This document shows, in pieces, positions 59,130 to 64,000 of a stretch of 64,000 nt of DNA. Within the stretch, counting starts at the first letter, position 1, and each line of letters starts with the position of its first letter. The translations under genes were made by a program, and so were the position numbers. The notes below the pieces were generated by a model. The model did no database searches. It saw only the letters and a program-made list of their open reading frames with translations, and was not told where the DNA came from. Location of the stretch: assembly GCF_009914755.1 (NCBI RefSeq), contig NC_060931.1, one strand, 5' to 3'. The stretch is from the human T2T-CHM13v2.0 reference genome, Homo sapiens.

Positions 59130-60640
59130 AAAAGTCATTGATGATATCATTACTGCAAAATCTAATACCTAGTCTTTAATCATAATCTTACCTGACCTCT
59201 TTTTGATAAGCGACATTTTTGACAACTGCTTTCTTCTTGAAGCAATCTTTTCCCCTGACTTGTGACAACACTCTTCTCCAGTTTTCCCACTCAGCAATGA
59301 CACCATTTCCTCTCAATTGCCTCTGCAGACACTTTTCTCTTCTATTTCCTAAATGTCATTGTCCCATTGGATTCTATCCTTGCCCTTTGATCTTGCACTA
59401 CAAATCTTCCTGAGTAATGTCAGGCACTTCCATAACTTCAAGATCTGCCAGTGTACTGCTGATTTTCAAATTTATGAGTCCAGAGACTACTGAGCCTCAG
59501 GTTATATTTTCAACTGGCTATTGTGCCCCCATATCTCAGAACCACATCAAGTTCTTCATATCCAAATATAAAAATCTGTGCTCATAATTTTTTTTGTTAT
59601 TTACCATCTCATATCAAAATATATCTCTTTGCACATGTTCCTGGTCCATGTTGTATCTTCCAGGAATCACAATTACCAAGGATAAAAGGGTACTTGTCTA
59701 CAGGGTAGGTATCAAAATCTCTATGATAGGAGCAAGAGAATTAAAATGCATTAAAAATTTAGCTCATGAGTCATGCCAGTCATATTTGAACACTAACATC
59801 TACATGGCGATTGTATTGGATAGTGCAGGTGTAGAATATTACCGTCATTATAAGAGTGCTCTATTGGTCAGCCCTATGTATACCAGGCAAACAATAAAAG
59901 AGCAGTAATAAAGTGAGGACTTTATAGAAATCTACATATACACCTACATATACTTTCTATCTGAACTATCTCTTGAACTTACTCTTAGTGCTTATCTCTT
60001 TGTTCCTGTTATCTTTAGGGAACAACCTAACAGGTCTCCCAGTCACAAATATTTCTCGATCCAGATACATTCTTCAAATTGCTGCTAACTATATTTACCT
60101 ATCTTGTCACTTCTCTGCTTAAAACATTTTATAATCCCTCATTGACTACAGGATAGAGTTCACACTGACTAACATGGAAACAAAACTTCTTATCAACCAA
60201 CTTACCACTCTAATCTCAAAAGTCATTGCTCCCCAGACACATCCCTTGAATTCCAGTTACAACAAGATTTCACTGTTCTATAAACAAAAACTAAAACCAA
60301 AACTAAAACCAAAACCAAAACAAAAATAAAAACGAAAAACAAACAAACAAAAAACAACTGTCACAACGCTGCCTGAAATGCCTGGCCTCCATTCCTTAGC
60401 GTAGTCCCACTTCCTCATAGAACTCAACTAAAGCACCACTTCCTTCATACAATGTTTTTGGGCTTCACCAAATCCCTAGAGTTCTTAGCTCATAACTCTA
60501 TCACATCACATTATGATTATTTGTTGATATATCTATTGCCCTCACTATACTAAAAGCTTTGAAAGAAAAGGGACAGTGGTTGATTATCTACACTAATTGT
60601 CTAGTATAGTGCATTTTGCGCAGAAATTATTTCATATTTT
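59130..60640 (+). mobile_element. Fragmented LINE-2 with an embedded MER3-like piece (~59770-59880)
   Basis: cttacctgacctct...acattttttgacaactg (L2 RT-like). gtattggatagtgcaggtgtagaatattaccgtcattataagagtgctctattgg resembles a MER3 end. Confidence 0.55.
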
Positions 60641-63377
60641 GTTGCTGTTGTTGAAATAATTAGATAATAAAATAATAAACAAAAGAGTTATAAAAGTGAA
60701 AAGATTCACACTTGTTGTGAGAATAATCCTTTACCCATTTTTATATAATGTTTCTCTATTGCCAAAATCTTTTCCCCACCAATCACAGTATACTACTTAG
60801 TCTAATAGTATCTTTGACCGGTCAATAAAACTAGTTTTACAAGTCAATAAAACAATTGTTTTTCAGTTAGTAGCTGAAGATGAAGGGAGCTCTTAAATTG
60901 TCAGCAGTTCTTTACTGTGCTAACTTATTCAGTGAAAAATGAGAACAAATGAACTATAACAGCAAGAACAACAAAACCTGAGTATTTCCAAATATGTTCT
61001 GTGGGAATATGCTGGTGGAACAAATAGAATAAAGGACTCTCATGTTACTAAAAAATCTTTGTAAAACTCAGTGAAGCATACACAGTTTACTCTTAGTTTC
61101 CTCTAACATGATCTGTTGCTTCTTAGATCTTTACTTGTATCTACTGAACTCAATTTTGTTTCATAGCATAGATGTGCATTCTGTTATTACTTGTCAAAAG
61201 AAAAAAACAGTATTATAATGACGCTGGGGGGAAGAAACAACAGAAAGGAATAATAAGTTTCAAATAATGTCAAAATAATCTTTTTTATGTGAAAATAAGA
61301 TTACAGCAACAATGATGCTGAGGTCTTTTTTTGTTATTGCTAAAGTTGTTATTGTTTTGTAGGCCATCTTGTCATATTTTAAATAAAGATTTTAAGTCAT
61401 TTTTCATGTTGTCAGTGAAATCTCCACTTGAAAATGTTCACTTTTTGCCACAACTTAATCTTAGATTATTAAGTTAGAAACATGGGCAGCATGTGATGCA
61501 ACTGAGAAACTGCAAAGAAAGCATTTAGAACCAAAATATTGTAGACATTTGACCAATGGATCATATGTATAGTGAGAAATTCTGAAGATGTGCTCATTTA
61601 AAAATGTGATTGAGTGGAGATACACTAATTAATGAAGAACCTCTTTTTTTAAAAAATAAATTCATCCATCATATATTCTTTTTTGATCTCACAATTTGTT
61701 AGCTTTTTAACCAAGAACAATAGCATGACAGAATCTTGCTGTGTGGCCTCAGAGGTTTTGTGTGTGTGTATGTGTGTGTGTGTGTGATGAGAAAACTCAT
61801 TTACGACAATTTTCTCTGCCTTTCCAGTTCTCTAGGTGTTTTTTCATAATATAAATAAAATATTACATGGTTGATGTTTAGAGAATAGGTTATAATTTTA
61901 ATATAGGAATTTATATATGGGATAACTAGATTTTTCTTTAATACACTCTGAGATTAACTTTCAGTATATTTATACTAGGGTAAGACATTACTTTGTTACA
62001 AATACATTTCTATTAAATGGATTATATTTATCAAGAAATAAGCATTGAACTGGTGCACAAAATATATATTTACTTGCTATATATATTCATCAGAAAGTGA
62101 CTCTTGAAATTCATTTAATTGATTGTAAATCCCTTATTCTTTATTTAACATAGCTCATTTATACAAATAATGTCAATCCACAACACAGCTTTTCAGGGTC
62201 AGGATACTGTTGCTATAAGGCATGCTTCAATACACTAACACATTAGGACTACTCCAAACAACAGGCATTCATCTCTAGGCAAGAGGCTTCAAGAGAAATT
62301 ACTGTGAATTCTTAGAGTCTGAAAGAATGAGAATGCTTTTTAGAGAATCTGTCCCCTGGGGGTGAGGGGATCAGTGGGAGACAGCATTATTGGCTAGGAC
62401 ACTAGGTAAAGAATGATCTGGGCTCACAAGTTGGCCTCATTCAAAAGCCATGTTTTCATTAGCACTTTTAAGTGCAATGATGGTTTGTATTTCTGTCCCT
62501 GAAAGTGTTCAGAAGCCTGAGGGTACAGATTGAAAGAAAAACGTGATAGGTTCAGATAGAAGAAAATGAAAAGTTTGTACAAGACCAAAGAAAGCTTCCT
62601 GCTGAGAGTATTTATTAACAGCTCTTCCCCTTAATAACTGAGTTGATGCTAAAGGTGTCTTTTTAAGAAAAGTTATTTCAGTGGAGACAAATCTAAGCAG
62701 AAAAATAATATACTGAAGTTAAAGTATGATTCTAGTAGCAACATTATTCCATAAAGCTTGTATTCAGTCAAATGAGAGCTTTGATGGCACAAAATGGAAG
62801 CCTCTCATAGAGTATCTGTGTTTATTTATAATTTACATAAAATGGCAAGATTAAAAACTAATTGCAGTATTCTTCAAAATAAATATTTTGCATTGTGGTT
62901 GTTTGTTTTTTCCTCTTTACCTCATTTTCTCTCAGAACCTAAACTAGATTACAGGTCTAGAAAATATTTAATAGAGTAATAACGTAACAAAATTTCAACT
63001 GATTTGATGCATGTAATGATATATAATTTTACATATGTGATGTGCGTGATGATAAAAATGTAGAATATACATCTGATGATGCTTAAATTACTCTAGGGAT
63101 TACGTTAAGTTACTTTCATTTAGATTATTTAACATTATATAAAAACATTTTAAGCTCCAGGGATCAGGACAATGCAGTGATGTTACTGGGAATAGCAATC
63201 ACTGGCAAAAGAATAGACCTTCAATAAAAGAAATAAGCTGCCAAAGATGTGTAACTCACACCAGGGCAACAGTTCAGGCACTGTTGGAAAAATAAACTGT
63301 AATGTTTGAAAAATGTGAACTCTTTCCTTTTTCTTTCTTTTCTTCTTTTTCTTTTCTTTTCTTTTTCTTATTTTTTA

Positions 63378-63713
<336 letters not shown>

Positions 63714-64000
63714 CTATAAATTAAGATACTGAAACAATCCAGTCATCATAGTTTGATGATATTTCCACGTAAAAGCAATTAGCAGTAGAATTTTTAAAAA
63801 ATGAACTATAAGCCAGATGTGGGAAATGAGATGTGTATACAAATGAAGATGACACAATGTAGAAATATGTATCAGCATAAAGAGGTACTGAACAAGTTCT
63901 CCAGGAATTCCAGAGAGCAGGTGAGAACATGACTAGACTAAATTGCTTGTAGATCTTTTCAGATATGGAGATGCTATCATTTTATATTCTCTTTCTATAT

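Overview
AT-rich primate (almost certainly human) genomic DNA carrying the 3' two-thirds of the class-3 semaphorin gene SEMA3D on the minus strand. I reconstructed 11 coding exons by hand (63694 down to the stop at 7270). Their splice phases chain without a frameshift and encode the rest of the Sema domain, the PSI domain, the KRRARR furin site, the Ig domain and the basic tail. A ~3.9 kb 3'UTR ends near an AATAAA at 3415-3420. The introns hold a full-length antisense HSPA8 processed pseudogene, Alus, a FAM, a THE1 solo LTR, L1, L2 and MIR relics, DNA transposons and microsatellites. The window begins in the 5' end of an L1PA4-like LINE-1. I found no wholly new multi-gene system. The best observations are: (1) a non-canonical GC splice donor with a competing GT donor 5 nt upstream that would create TAA-TGA at the junction; (2) a THE1 LTR with a perfect DUX4 motif and a strengthened splice donor; (3) an L1 antisense promoter/ORF0 unit with a new start codon, aimed at the SEMA3D 3' end; (4) a 119-bp local templated duplication later hit by an AluY; (5) a 290-bp twin-primed L1; (6) an L2 tail occupying an exon's branch-point zone; (7) oriented CTCF-like motifs. 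Repeat subfamily calls and comparisons to consensus or parent sequences are from memory and need RepeatMasker/BLAST confirmation.
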